Both the position numbers and the translations under genes were made by a program. From Trichoplax adhaerens (taxonomy: Eukaryota > Animalia > Placozoa): 64,000 nt of DNA. The notes under the pieces were generated by a model. It had not been told where the DNA came from. It saw only the letters and a program-made list of their open reading frames with translations, and did no database searches. Below are positions 40,301 through 54,400 of this stretch, in pieces (position 1 is the stretch's first letter; every line of letters begins with the position of its first letter). The DNA lies in assembly GCF_000150275.1 (NCBI RefSeq), contig NW_002060945.1, positions 3,061,172 through 3,125,171 of the forward strand, in the 5' to 3' direction.

Positions 40301-42583
40301 TTGTTCAACCTCCTTGTCAATTGATAATCAAGTTAACTGCTGGAATTATTTTTACGACTATAGCTGGTTTGGACTGCCCATGTTACCTGGGATAGGTTGT
40401 ATAGTGAATTACCACCAACCGGTCCGGAACGATTTGTTAGCTATTTACCACTTAGCCATATTGCTGCACAGGTAAATGCGAATTGTACATTTAAGCCCGT
40501 ATGGAATGCTTTATACGCAGAATAGATAATATGTATATAATGCTAGTGAACTAAAATTATAATTATCGTTTTAAAGTTAGTTGAAGTTTATATGCCAACC
40601 ACTGTCCACGGTAGCGTTTACTTTGCAAGGCCCGATGCACTGAAGGTACGATTACCTATAGAATTTAAATTCATTAACATAAACTGAAATGTTAAGAATT
40701 ATCTTATATTTAATAGGGGACTCTAGTGGATACATTGAAAGATGTACGCCCAACCTTTATGATGGGTGTACCAAGGTAGTCAATGTATAGTGGTAAAAAT
40801 TTTTTTGGAATATGCAGGATAGGTGAGCTAATGGGCAACCTTAAAATTGATTAATTGACTGATGTCAATCTAATAGAGTTTGGGAAAAAATAGCTGAAAA
40901 ACTTCAAGCACTCGCACGGCAAAATCATGGATTGAAGAAGAAGATTGGTAATTGGGCTAAAGGAGTTGGTCTGAGAGGTAATCTCAGTGTAAATGAAGGG
41001 TAAGTACTGGATTGAATTCAATCCATAAGGTGCATCCATGCAAATTATAGCAAAGGTTATATTTTAGCTGAAAATTTTACGTATGTTGAAATATCTCATT
41101 ACTTTTAGTGGTTCTGTTCCATTTGGCTGGGGTATTGCCAAGGCTTTAGTCTTCAAAAAGGTATATAAACACAGTAGAAATTGTAACATTTGTTAGCCAT
41201 AATTTAAGACGTACGAATTTGAATAACCATCATCGTTAACCTATTAAAAGATTAAAGTCGGTTTGGGCTTGGATAAATGTAAACGACGTTACGTTGGTGC
41301 CGCTCCGATTAGTAAAGACGCCATGAAATATTATATGAGTATTGATTTGTCTTTACAAGAAGTATTTGGATTAACCGAATCCAGTGGACCGTTCACCCTC
41401 AGCCCAGTTGGCGGTATTAAATTAGGATCCTGCGGTATTGCAATCGGAGGATTAGATTCAAAGATAGACCAACCAGACGAAGATGGAGTTGGTGAGGTCA
41501 GTAACTTCATCTTACGATGTTAATAAGCTTATTTACATTCAAGATTAACTTGGAACATGCGCTCATTTTGTAATAAAGCTCTGTGGATTTGGTCGAAATG
41601 TCTTTATGGGATATCTTAATAATGAAGCTAAAACTAACGAGGCCATTGATGAAAATGGCTGGTTACATACTGGTGATCTTGCAAAACAAGATAAGGTATT
41701 AATTGCTTTCTACTACCGGTACATTATCGACTTCAGAATTTGTACATCACTGGTTTATGTCTAATACAAGTAATCTAATGTTCTGATTAATTGTTCTAGA
41801 ATGGTTATGTGTATATTACCGGTCGTCAAAAAGGTAAATTATTAATATAAGTTCTTTAGATGTATGTATTTTTATTCAGGAATTAATCTTGTAGATTTTA
41901 ATTCGTGCTTGTTTTCAACAATTTAGAGATCATTATAACCTCGGGCGGTGAAAATGTTGCACCAGTACCAATTGAAGAAGACATTAAGAAGGAGCTCCCC
42001 ATGCTCAGCAGTGTTATGCTTGTTGGAGATCAAAGAAAGTATCTAACTTGCCTCGTTGCATTCAAGGTATGTAATATATTTTAATATTATTCAGTAATTG
42101 TATCGATAAACTTGCTTTATTAAAATTGTATAATTTCTGAACTAGGTGGAAGTAGACCCTAACACTACAGCTCCTACAAATAAGTTAACTCCAGAAGCTG
42201 TAGAAATTTGTCACAAGTTAGGAGTTGAAGTAAGAACCGTTGAAGAGGTAATAGAAGATAAAACAGATACTATCAAGAAAGCGATACAAGCTGGTTTGGA
42301 TAGGGTCAATGAGCGATCAAAAAGTAGGGCTCAAAAGGTACAAAAAGCTCATATTATAGAGAAAGATTTTTCCGTACCTGGCGGTGAATTAGGTTAGAAT
42401 CGATCAATCATTTTTTTGGTTCTTGAATTATGCTCAGTAAATGATTGACTGAAATATATACAATAATCACTCATTCTAATGAGCTAATTTCTTGTGCAAA
42501 TAGGTCCAACATTAAAATTAAAGAGGCCTGTGGTTCTAAAATTGTACGCTGATGTTATAGACAAAGTGTATGCCGAAGAATAA
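37370..42583 (+). CDS. ACSBG: Long-chain acyl-CoA synthetase, bubblegum family, 17 exons, ~745 aa
   Basis: Exons 37370-37891, 39275-39363 (FGFNSPEW), 39606-39726, 39822-39902, 40047-40148, 40232-40279 (YTSGTTGNPKGAMLSHDN AMP-binding motif spans exons 5/6), 40364-40471 (SYLPLSHIAAQ), 40577-40645, 40717-40775, 40877-40999, 41109-41160, 41251-41496 (FGLTESSGP), 41579-41695 (GWLHTGD), 41800-41833, 41927-42066 (SGGENVAP), 42146-42392, 42504-42583 (GPTLKLKR). Confidence 0.96.
39727..39747. repeat. (TA)n microsatellite at the start of ACSBG intron 3
   Basis: gtatatatatatatatatata immediately after the donor site. Confidence 0.9.
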
Positions 42584-44025
42584 GTCTTAAATTGAAAGAA
42601 TCATGGTTATAATGAAGTAAAATATTTTGCTGTCCGCTATTGGAATGTTCTCTATTACGATGATAGTTTAAATCTTTATAATTCAACGGATACTATTGCT
42701 GTAGTGCTTTACTAATTTTCTGCTTTACACAATAGTAAAGCAACCAAGCAGCATCTATATTTTATGCTATGTTGTAATACACTATATAAGGTATAATTTT
42801 TCAAGCTGTTGTCAATTATGGTTAGGCTATAATTTGCAGTTTCACATCTCATATTCATTAAGTTGATTGAATGATGGTATTAAAAAAATCTGGTATTACA
42901 AGACTATGATTTAGGTGATTAGTTTAACTTTCAATATCAGTTATCACTTACGATTTATACAGGATATATAATCGCTAACAATGATCGCTATACAGTTTTT
43001 ACTATGAAATTATCTACAATCGAATATGCCACAAAGAGAAAATACAATTGGTTGGTTACATACATGCATTACTTCTGGTTAATTCTATTAAGTAAATCGT
43101 ATACCATTTTATTTTCTTTGCTTAATTGATCGATAAATAGACTACATGGCTATGCATGTGATATCGCGTGTTAGAACTATATTGCAGTACTCCGAAATAG
43201 TAATAAAGTTAACACGGTTTACGAGTTTAATAAGAAAGCGAAAATATACGAACTTATGCTTGATGACATACTACCAGAATCTAGTGTCAATAGCAAGTTA
43301 TACCAAAGAGGAAATGCAGATCGCATTGCTAGGATAGTATTTCAAAGTCTTTTTTGTCTCATAAGAAAATAATTGCAATATGCTATCAAAGACAATTGTA
43401 AAATATTGACTAGATTTAGAGTTAATCTCTAATTATACATTATTGGCCCGAGAATCCAAATCAGTCACTAACTTTCATTATATGATAATAATACGAATTT
43501 TATTTGCATTCTGTGACACACTTCTTAAAAAGAATGGATTAATGAACAGAATCAAATTCATTCCATTTGAATAGTAAGATTGTGTACAAGTCTCTGTACG
43601 ATAAAAGGAAATAGAATCGAAATTCTAAGGATTATAATCTACCGTATAATTTAGGTCTAAATTACAGTACTATTTCACTAACGTGAACTCTAAAAAAAAT
43701 ATGTATGGAACGATTATGAATTTGAAACTGCTTCAACATTGATTTTACGCAATAGCTTATGTTAATATACATTCGAAGATAATAAAAATTTGACAATCTG
43801 TAGGGTGAGATTTTTTACCTGATAACAAATAGAATTTACCATATACCTGCAGTGTGTATAATTATAATGTTATCAAAAATAGATTCGGTTAGATATTAAG
43901 TTGTTGGAATGTTAAAGTAAGTTAATAAGATCGCTCATAAATTTGCTGACAGTATAAACATCACTGCAAGAGCAGGAGAGACTACAATACATTTTCGATT
44001 GATAGAACAATCGTGTCAATGGATT

Positions 44026-47000
44026 TTATTCACCAGAAAGATTAAAAATATAAGTTTGTATTGAATCTTTTGGAACCTCCATGTCGATGTAAATATTTCC
44101 AACCTTAAGGCTAAATTTTTCTACCATAGGATTACTATAAATAGAATAAATTGGGTAGCTTAGAAAGGTTGATATAAGATGGTTTATGAGACAACTAGCA
44201 ACCAGCAATAAACTTAAAAGTTCTTTACGTACGGATTGAGAATGACAACAACGCCCCGGCCAGAGTCAATAACTCCAACAATCTTCGTGTTATTAGTGTC
44301 ACCTTTAATTCCAACTCTTACGGAGCCCGGGTTGATGTACTTGCTAAAATGAGCCAAGTGATAAAACATGGGCTGCAAAAAAACATTTCAGCATACATTG
44401 TTAGCATAATTGATACACAAAAAATTATGTTTATAGAGATAAAAATATGAATTAAATTAGTGTACCTGTTTATAAATCACATCTTGTTTAGAGTCTATAA
44501 TAATTGGAGAATCCGCAAAGTTCTTAACCCAATTTGGCCCTCCTTTTAAATCTAATACCAGATTCCAATCTAACCATCCAACCACAAAGTTATTCAAGTC
44601 CTTCATTGATATGGGAAGAATAGTTTAGCACGCATTAACTTAAAATCGATATCAGATTTGCAGGCTACTTACATCGATAATGCTGGTACTGTATCGTACA
44701 CCCCTTGCCCAACTTCCTAAAAGTGGTCCAGGGGTGTCGAAAAGTGAAGTGCCAGTACAGGCTTCCGTTGCTAGAATGAAAACATCCGGAAACCTAATTT
44801 CGTAAGATGGCAATTGAATTGTGAGGACACACTAATCGATAATTAATACACTTCAGTACTTTTAATTAGGGTAAGTGGCTTAATAAAATATACTACATGA
44901 AGCATTACTAAAGTAATTATCAGTTGGAAATACAACTAAAATGTTTCCGAAAAACGTAAAATGTATCTATGATAAAATGTCGTCTATTTCAAAATGTAAT
45001 CTTGTATGGAGAACAATTTCATAGGCATGTAGTAAAATTCTATAATAGTTATAATATCATAAAAGACTATAACATAGCAGATAGAACGGATGGTGTTTAA
45101 CTTACAAATAATGAGTGACATTTAGTACCGTAACAGGTACAAGAACATCTAAATACCAATGGATTCCTATGCCTTTGACATATTTTCGGGCGTCCTTGTC
45201 TTTTAAAATCTAATTAAACAAAGTAGAATAGTTAATATTAGGCTACAAACATATAGTAGTCGCGCTTTAAGTTATATATAATCTCTTCAATGACGCTAAC
45301 CTTGATGGCCCATTCCGGTAATAATGGTCGGTTGTCGTCTAGTATTATAAGGTTGACATGGCTGTAATTATGTTTGGCAAGTGTAGGCCCAAGATCTGCA
45401 TTGATTTTGAAAAAAGTAATTAGAAAACCATTAGATACCTATGGATTTAAACATAGGTGAACAAATCAGTTATAAATTTCTAGCACTCTAGATGGAGATT
45501 ATTTCTGCAACTTAATGCTAGAGGTTGATATAAGTGGTAATGAATCTTATGCTGTATAATAATATGCTTTTTGATACAGCAAATCGGGCGATATAGTAAT
45601 ATCTAATCTGATAAAAGGTAGACCGTATCGTTGGTCAATATACTTAAGTTTACTACATTATATATTATCTTTACCTTTTTTAATGAAATCTCTTTCTGCG
45701 TCTGGCTTAAATCCCATACATTGAAACGAGAAACTAAAGAATGATTAAAAAGTGGCGTGATGAGAAATTATATCAGCACACTCCAACATTAACATAAACA
45801 TGTTATGATGATGAGTCCTTTCAATTATTAACAGTGATGTATGATAACAAGAACAAAAATTGACTATTATTCTTTATTTAGTATCAATAGTCTACAATAA
45901 TTATATATAATCAGTGACATCTGATAACTTTTGTAATATCCTTATTGTTTAGGTTGTAAAATTTTCTCCATTTGAAATAGGTTAAATGTAAGTGGCTTTT
46001 AGCTGTCAATAAATACGTATTAACTTCATGTGGATATGCAGTAAAGAAACGGGTTTACCTATTAATCATAAAACTTACTTTGGTGTATTACCATCCGTGG
46101 GCTCATTTTGTGCAGTAATTCCCCAAAATGTTATGCCTCGCTTGGAATAGGAATCTAAAAATCTAATCCAATAACTAAAATTAATTTACTACTCTTATTA
46201 AATATTAACTATTAGTCAAGAATCTTGATTGCTATAGGATATAATCTAATATAATTTAATTCAGTTTTTATTTAAATTGGTCAATTATCGCTATCTACCG
46301 TAATACATATGCGCGTATATATGTATCTCTGTAGATAAATATACGCGTAGAGATCAACAGTACAGCATGTACACATACTGTCTATAATATGCAATAAAAT
46401 TGAGAGTATATAAATACAAGTAATTAATTAGCAATTACATTTAAAACAGGCAATCGATTAAAAGTTTAATGACAGTATGAATGTTGATCTTTCGAATGGC
46501 TAGGCTTTTAAGGCAATTTCAAGAGAAATTTTTCCAATTCTGACTACAATATATTATTATTACTACGGTAGTGATTATCATGTGATTCTGGTGGGAACTG
46601 GCGTCAAGGTTTTAATTAATTAAAGTGTTCATATTGAGATACAACAAATCGTGTCCAATTATCATCGGCATTCTAGAGAGTGAAAATAAGTATGACAATT
46701 TCAGTAGGTCTCATTTATAAGGAGAAGGAAAATATCAAACTTTACGGAAAGGAGCTGTTAATCATTCCATCCTCGTATCTGCAGCATACCTAATGCTGTC
46801 AGCAATATTTAGGTACTGTCTACAGTAGGATGATTCTGCTGCAGTACAATACCTATAGCGCTTGTTTAGCGTTGGATTTGCATGTAGCGATTGATCTTGT
46901 TGATATTATACACTGTACACTAGTGTACAGTATACAGTAATGATAAAAATAATCCTAAGCATGATTAATGACCCTCTCCCATATAATAGCTACGGATTTA

Positions 47001-47998
47001 AATATTCCATTCTCAACTTGATGTACTTGCATCAATGATGTCAATACGATCAATTAGCAATAAGGAAAATACATCTTTGTTGTAGAATAAATAAATATCA
47101 TATACAGTGTACCATGGGTCGGATGATGATGGTCACTACCGATCGTTTTTCAATCTACTGTAGAACTATCGTCAACGATAGGACTGTACTGTAATCAAAG
47201 TTGAGTATACTGTACGAGTATAAGGAGGCAGTTTTAATTGAATGTAGAGTCTCTCTTTGTAAACATCATTATCATAACCAAGTTGTCTTACTTGACAAAA
47301 TAGTTGGCCCAAGTAGTATGATAATTATCGCCAGCTTGACCTTTTAAACTACCCATTCCGATCAGTTTGTTATTGGTTTTCATCCATGCAGGGGCAGTCC
47401 ATGGAGTAGCAACTAACTTAAGGGGTTTGTCAGCGATTTTATTAGCTAACTTGATGATAGGAATTTTATAATGTAAATCTTCCATAGCCAAGGAGAAATT
47501 TTTCAAGTCAAAATCAGGCTTATTGTTGTTATCATCATAGGTATAACGATGTGTTGAAAAATCGGTACTGGCAATAGGTACACGGCCCATGGTGTATCGA
47601 CTGCCATCCTTGGCATAATAAGATCGCATAATCTGCATGCGTAACCGGGCTGATACATTGTTGATTAACATTGTTGCAGAATCGGTAAAAGCACCACCAA
47701 AACCAGCAATTTTTTGATATTTTAGATCAGGCCTAAAGGTTAAAATCTTCTTATTGGATGGTTTGTTACTGGTGGAAACGGTCTTTCTGACTAGCCTATC
47801 GCCTGAACTTGTACTCTGGATAACAATTACTTTGCCATTATCCACTTTATCGATCGGATCGGAACTATCGCAATAGCTACTATTACAAACACATACGACT
47901 CCATTTTTCATCATTTTCTTCCAACATGGTTTACTGCCTGATACTACAGCCACCATAAATAAGCTTGCTAGAAGCCAATTGAATTTCAACCAGATCAT
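44026..47998 (-). CDS. GBA1: Lysosomal glucosylceramidase (GH30_1), 9 exons, ~517 aa, with signal peptide
   Basis: Exons 47998-47292 (signal peptide; [11 protein letters not shown]; GFGGAFTD; [10 protein letters not shown]; [11 protein letters not shown]), 46162-46079 (TAQNEP acid/base Glu), 45733-45675, 45395-45301, 45209-45106 (IHWY), 44793-44673 (ATEAC nucleophile Glu), 44600-44466 ([16 protein letters not shown]), 44372-44233, 44134-44026. Confidence 0.96.
46912..46931. repeat. Perfect 20-bp palindrome ACTGTACACTAGTGTACAGT in GBA1 intron 1
   Basis: Self-complementary; same TGTACA family as the 14490 and 16536 palindromes. Confidence 0.9.
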
Positions 47999-50630
47999 CT
48001 TGAAACAACTGTACAATCCGATTTATATTGAATTTTCTTCTCGATCGCTATCTAACTTATAACATCTTCTGATGGTATTTTCTAGTTACTAGATAACTAA
48101 CATTGGACGTATTGTTTATCGATTGATGGGCAAGAGGTCTAGCGAGAGGGTGGTAGCACAGATGACAGTCCCTTAGCGGTAGTAATCGTTTAGCCCTGTT
48201 GTCGTGGATGGCTCGTTGGTTATTCAGTCAACGCAGGGCGTGGCGTGATCGTATGATTCTACAGTCTGTCAATGCACTAATGTACTGTAGCAGTGAAAGC
48301 GAGCTAACTGAGCAAGCGCATACTGGACAATCTGGATTGGAGACTGTACTATTGAATGCCTCGAGAATGCGCGTGACCGTCACCTGAGGCATATCACTGT
48401 CAGTACTGGCATCCGTTATTAAAGCACAACATCGCCATTCATTCCCAAGAAATGGAGTATTGATTGATTGATTTTGTTTGATTTGATTTACAGTTAGGCA
48501 TACTGACAGCAAAAGCCAAAATAGAATTGCTAGTTTAGATCTAGTTCGTTTGGCGATGTAGAGAAAATAGTCGCATTTTGAATGTATTACCATCAATAAC
48601 AACACCATCCGCTCTCATTTTGTTTCAAGGCGTACAGTAGAGTCGACGTACAGTAGTAGTATAGAAGATAAATGCACTAAATGCCAATTGACTTCCATTT
48701 TCTGAAATTAAAAAGTCGCCAAGTATTGTACGAGCATAATAGAAGGAAGCAGCCCTTACGAATATTCTTATAAGTAGCATTGGATGATAATACGTCATCA
48801 TCAAATAGAACATAGGAGAAAGTAGGTTTAGAATAGCATTCGCGTCTCAGTAGGTACTCTCTTTAGTAGTCCCTCAACTCATCAACAACAACTTCAGCAG
48901 TAACGCATTCTAAATTCACAATACAGCATAGAATGACTTCATCAGCACTCGTAGAGAGAGTATAGATGGACAGTAGTCAAGAATGCATTACTATCGCATT
49001 TCATTTCCTTAAATTGCTTTTGCTAAATACCTTGCAGTCAACTATCGTAAGGATATCGTAGAACAGCGTGGATTAACATGCGACATCAACGCAATTATAA
49101 TCTCAATAATATTGACCTAGATCTCTGCAACAGCCTAGCCTAGCCAGTCAATATAAAAACTATATCCAGGGTCATACATCGATTTCAGATCGCGACAGAA
49201 TATCCTCGGCAAATGATAAGCTGATCGAATTCTTTGCCACAATGTACCATTTGCAAAAGTGATTTTCAATAATTGAAATATTATACTCGTATTTATTATC
49301 ATTCATTACTTGTTCAAAATGAATTACCTTTATCTTTCATTTTCCCTGCAGTACAATTATTACTTTGATGGAATAGCTCGATTTTTATCAACAACTGCGT
49401 GACTCATTTAATTGAATTGAGCTTATTTTGGATATTACCATAAAAGAGCACTTTCTCATTCTCGTAGTATTACCAACGAGTGTAAAAGAAGAAGAATTTT
49501 CTGTTACGTTGTTTCGGGTATTCCTGTGCGTAGGTACAATTCTTGCACCACGTCTATGTGGATACCATTGAGCAAAATATTTATTACTGTTATGGTCAAT
49601 CCTCGAAGTTGGATACTCTTGGAAAGGATGTTCAAATGTTGCAAATTCATTCTATTTATTGATATCATTACATCTAGTAGAGGAAGTTGAATTTGAACGA
49701 TACAAGTTTCAATACACAGTATATAAAAATAGCTGCCGCCAAATAATATTCAAGATATTCTCTATAATGTCTAGTATAATTATAATCCTACAACGATATC
49801 AATTAGCAATTTTTCAGAAAGAAGTGTTGTTCGAGTCACAACAATCTATCAGCGATTTCATGAATATTGTTCATTTTGTCATGATTACAAATCTCGATTT
49901 TAATATCAAACTCATGCAGATTTTAAAGATGAAAGTAATATCATTGGCGAAAACTCTAGCTGCTACGGTACTCTACAGCTCATTCCTATGATCAAATGTA
50001 AATGAGAGTTGTACAGTACTGTATTCAGCGACAGAGCTTGCTCATGTTCGTAGAGAATCCCGTCGTTCAATCGTGAACATCTGTGCCTAATTAAATGGAT
50101 TAGTTCGTAGACCAGACCACTGTACAGTATAAAAACTCCACTACCAGTGTCCTTCAAAGTCAAGCCCCGACTTGAACCCGACTCGAGGGGGGATTGGGCT
50201 TAAAAATTTCCATGGTGATACAGTGTTTGTATAGCAATTGCTCTCATTTCGGGTTAGAAAATCAATCATTGGATTGGGTTCGAGTTGTGTTTTTACTCCA
50301 TTTAATTGCTCTCGCCATCACTCTACTTCGTATATCAACGCCATTTCAGTATCGGTGTTCATTAGGCCATACGAGAATATTACAATACTCTATACTATAT
50401 CGCAGTTTCAGTTTACTGTATACAGTACAGTATGTCGAAGGTATTTTAGCCGATAAATTTTAACCAGAAAAATCAATGATTCCCTTTATCCTGCACAAAC
50501 TATACATCAATCGGTAGAGAAAGATCGAAATAACATAGTTCATCAATTAAAATCGGCATGCGATGTCTATTTTCTTCATAATAACTAGTTAAAGTAGGCA
50601 AACTGGATGTATATCATTGTATTGCGATCT

Positions 50631-50716
50631 AGTCAGTCAGTCAGTACGTCTATGATATCTGATTCAAATTGATCGCGATCCAGTCCGCCTGTCAGTCAGT
50701 CAGTACATCTCTGATA
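50631..50716. repeat. Short direct repeat with (CAGT)n core
   Basis: gtcagtcagtcagtacgtctatgata and gtcagtcagtcagtacatctctgata, about 59 bp apart. Confidence 0.75.
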
Positions 50717-51437
50717 CCAAACTATACTGTACCAGGATCCACTCAAAGAGAATAGGTTTTGACTGAACTGCGCTGCACTGCATTGCTCGCCACGGTGTTT
50801 ATACTGTACTATACCGCTTTTACGCACCAAATTCAAATTTATTTAACCAGGATTCAATTTTAAAATTAGAGCAAAAACACAAGCGAGCAGCTGTAAAACA
50901 TTCTATCAACAGGATCCAAGCCATGAAATTGCTATTCGCTATCGGTTTATGATTCTTGGTGAACAGTAATGATGAAGATCATTTGATATAACTATAATAC
51001 AGTCTACCGGTAGTTGCTATTAAGTTGATTGTCGACGTAATAGTACGAATTCCATTTTTACCGTTGAAGACGCCAAATGACCAGAACGACTTTTGCAAAT
51101 TTCTTGTTTTGAATGCTTTTATTAGTATACGCGTAATTAGAATTAATTATTATTGTTATGCAGAAGATATTAACGTTATGACATCAATACATACTTTATT
51201 TTTACATTAGCTATGGCAGTAGCCAATACTGATACAAGTATTACAATTTTCATGTTAGTCAAATAATGCTGTACACCTTGTCATACTTTAGATAGGACGT
51301 TGAATTATTATTATTATTATTTATTATACATGATCATGGCCAGACTGAGCTACAGTTTACAGTCATAATTTTGAACCTTATTCAATTCTACTGTAGTTAA
51401 GTAAACGTAGCGATAGATTGACATCAGTAAAAAATTT

Positions 51438-51448
51438 CAAAATGGCGG
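51438..51448 (+). promoter_or_regulatory. YY1-like CAAAATGGCGG motif overlapping the ANKLE1 start codon
   Basis: tttcaaaatggcgg matches the AANATGGC YY1/Kozak-overlap motif common at animal housekeeping gene starts. Confidence 0.4.
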
Positions 51449-54400
51449 AAGATCATTTACAACATAAATTGATTAGAGCAATTGAAAAAGAAGATTTAAG
51501 GTATAGTAGTCAACATTTGCTGTATCCCTTTTGATATCACGTCGTTCATAATAAAATACGCAGAGTATACAGTACAGTACAGTAAAGTGTTCACTTGGTA
51601 AGATCCTACTTTGCAAAGATTCATTATTTCAACGCTATCGACTGTAAAATAATAAGAAATGTTAGATCGGCAGTATTAGCTGTCCCCGTTAGCATTTGAA
51701 AATCATCTAGCCAATCATAAAATGCATGTACAGTGGATTAGCAATTAGCCGAGGTGATAAACATTGTTGATTAAAAAGCTTGCGTAACCTCCGCTTTTAA
51801 TTCACTAACTGGGGGTGTTAATAATATTTTAAACGTCAATTATAGAGGTGATGATACTTACTAAACCACTCATATAAACATTGCCAAAATCAATTGCAAA
51901 AGTTATATTCCTATGCTGTATTCGGTAGATCGGCACTAGTAGATAAGCCAAGCCGGATTATCGTAACGTCACGACTATGCACTAGGGTCTTATAAGTCTC
52001 TGATGGTACAAATATCGATATTACTGCACAGTATACTGTGTTCGTATATCGTCATTGTTCCGGATAAATAAATTGTAATTATAAATTGATGTAATTTATA
52101 ATTTATCGTGTACTAGATGTAATTATGTAATCGATAACTAAATCCTAAATTATAGATACTAAACTGATCAGATACCTAGTAGTAGGGTTGTAGATTCCCA
52201 TGCCTTACCACTCTTTCTTTCAATTACTATACTGTACAAAAGTGCTACGATATTTTATAGAAATATCATGGAATAATTGTACACAGCGTGACAAACTGTT
52301 AAAGCCTTGCAATGTGTCATGTATTAATATCATATGAGTAATGAAATGATGAAATTGCACTTCATTATAATCCGACAAAAATTTTATAGACAAAGTGAAG
52401 ATGCTCGTAATTTAGCAAAAATAATTTAACAAGCATAATTTATTAAGCAAACTTCTACGTCTATCAATTACAATATAGATATATGGCGACATTGTTCAAA
52501 CTCGGTGCAGATCCAAATCATCCAGATGATACGTTCGGAAGTCCATTTCATCTAGCTGTAGCCAACGCTAATCCCCAAAATGCATCGGCTCTCATTGCTA
52601 CAATGTTGCGAGCAGGTGCTGATCCAAATCTACGTGCAACAGATGAAGGCTTAACTCCTCTACACGTAGCAGCCGCTTGGGCCCGACCTCGATGCCTTCA
52701 ACAGCTCATTTCTCATGGAGGAGATCCCTCGATAACAACAGCTTGTGGCCAAACTGTATCCGAACTAATTGATGACATTACCAACGACGACGATCGATCG
52801 ATATGCAAATCAGTTATACAGCGCGCACCATATACTACTGGCTCCTTGTATGGTAAATCAAAGCGTCGAGTATCAGGGAAATTGGATGCTGCATCATTAC
52901 TCTCTGCTCGACGTAAAATATTTAACGACAATGATGACAAGAAAGAAAATGTCGACATTATAAAATTTACCAGTAGCAGCCAAATTTGCAATGACTTGCC
53001 TCAACCAGAAAACAAGCCTAATGAATACGAGAGCAATAGCAAACATTCATTCGCGAAAATGTCGAGGGATAATGGTTACTATCAAACAGCTGGTACTACG
53101 CATAAATCCCCATATTCAACGGCGAAGAATAGTAAACTGGACAATTTGACGCTTATTACTAGTAGCCCTCGATTAAATTCGGAGCAAATAGATCAACTTT
53201 CTTTAGATAGTTCTGATTCTGTAGTTTACCCAACGGATGTAAGTGAGAATTACGACTCAACATTTTGTGACGTTACTGGGCTGGAAAATTATTCATACTC
53301 GTATTTGAATAGCTTTGGAGAAAATAATTCACAAGCTAAACTAAGTAAAATGGTGTCTAATTCCTTTCAATCATCCTCGTCTAGTTTTTATTCCATTTCT
53401 TCTATAGAATGTAGCGATGCCGATGACGTAAATCAAATTGATCCTTGCGTTCATAAACATACAGATGATAGCGATGAGATTTCAGATGCTATCAAGAATA
53501 AATTGCTTATCAGCACAGATGGTAATATCGCTAACCAAAACAGCAAACAACTATCTATCAATAATAAAGAACACAACTTGAGTACCAAATTTAACAGCTT
53601 TAACAAAAGTACGGTCAGTGATGAATCAGAAACAAACGAGCTTTTCTCGTATACACCAGAGATTAAATCACCAAAATATCATCACAATCAAAATTTAGCG
53701 CGTATAAATAAAGAAGTTGCAAGTCTGGAAGTCACTAATCTAACTGAAAACGACAGCTACAACGCTACAAGTGAAGCAATTACCTTGCAACAAGAGGGCC
53801 CTTCTGACGAAGAAATTTGGTCGAATTATGTATCAGATGGTAATTCTATAGAATCAGAAAGTGATACTATCATATACGATTGGAACGAAATATGCTCTCG
53901 TTTATCATTGGCGAGTAGTGATCTGAGTAAAGGAAATTTTGAAGAAGAAGTAGAAATTCCTTCTGTTATGTTATCTTGGTCAAATGACAAAATTCGACAG
54001 GAGCTCAAAGATTATGGGGAAATACCGGGACCGATTACCGCAACAACTAAGAAAGTGTATCTTACCTACATCGTCAAATTAAAGCAGCAAATTTATAATC
54101 AAGCCGGTTCAAAGTCTACAATAAGTATGAATCTATACCATTTCTAGAAGATTAAAATTTAATAATTAAGCATTAATATCTGAATTCCTATATCTAGTAT
54201 AAGCTGTAATGCAATTTTCGTAATTAATTACTTTCCACATTATTGGCTATCCTTGTAACTTATGGTGTATTTTACGATAATAGTTAAGTATCCACCAGAA
54301 ATTTCAACATTACTAAAGACTGGTAACATTACGGAAGATATGGCGAAATTAGAACAAGAATTGAAAGCCGAATTTCAACACCCAGATCCAAATCGAAAGT

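Noticed and set aside
48199-48608. ORFs of 62 and 126 aa upstream of GBA1
   Set aside because: No recognisable domain; the region looks like GC-richer promoter sequence.
50160-50290. tRNA or tRNA-derived SINE (B-box-like GGTTCAAGTC on -, GGTTCGAGT on +)
   Set aside because: Flanks do not form a T-stem or cloverleaf, and there is no A-box at proper spacing.
51522-51531. U12 donor GTATCCCTTT in ANKLE1 intron 1
   Set aside because: It is in a compatible phase, but there is no TCCTTAAC-like branch site near the 52478 acceptor. The AG|GTATAG donor at 51501 is simpler.
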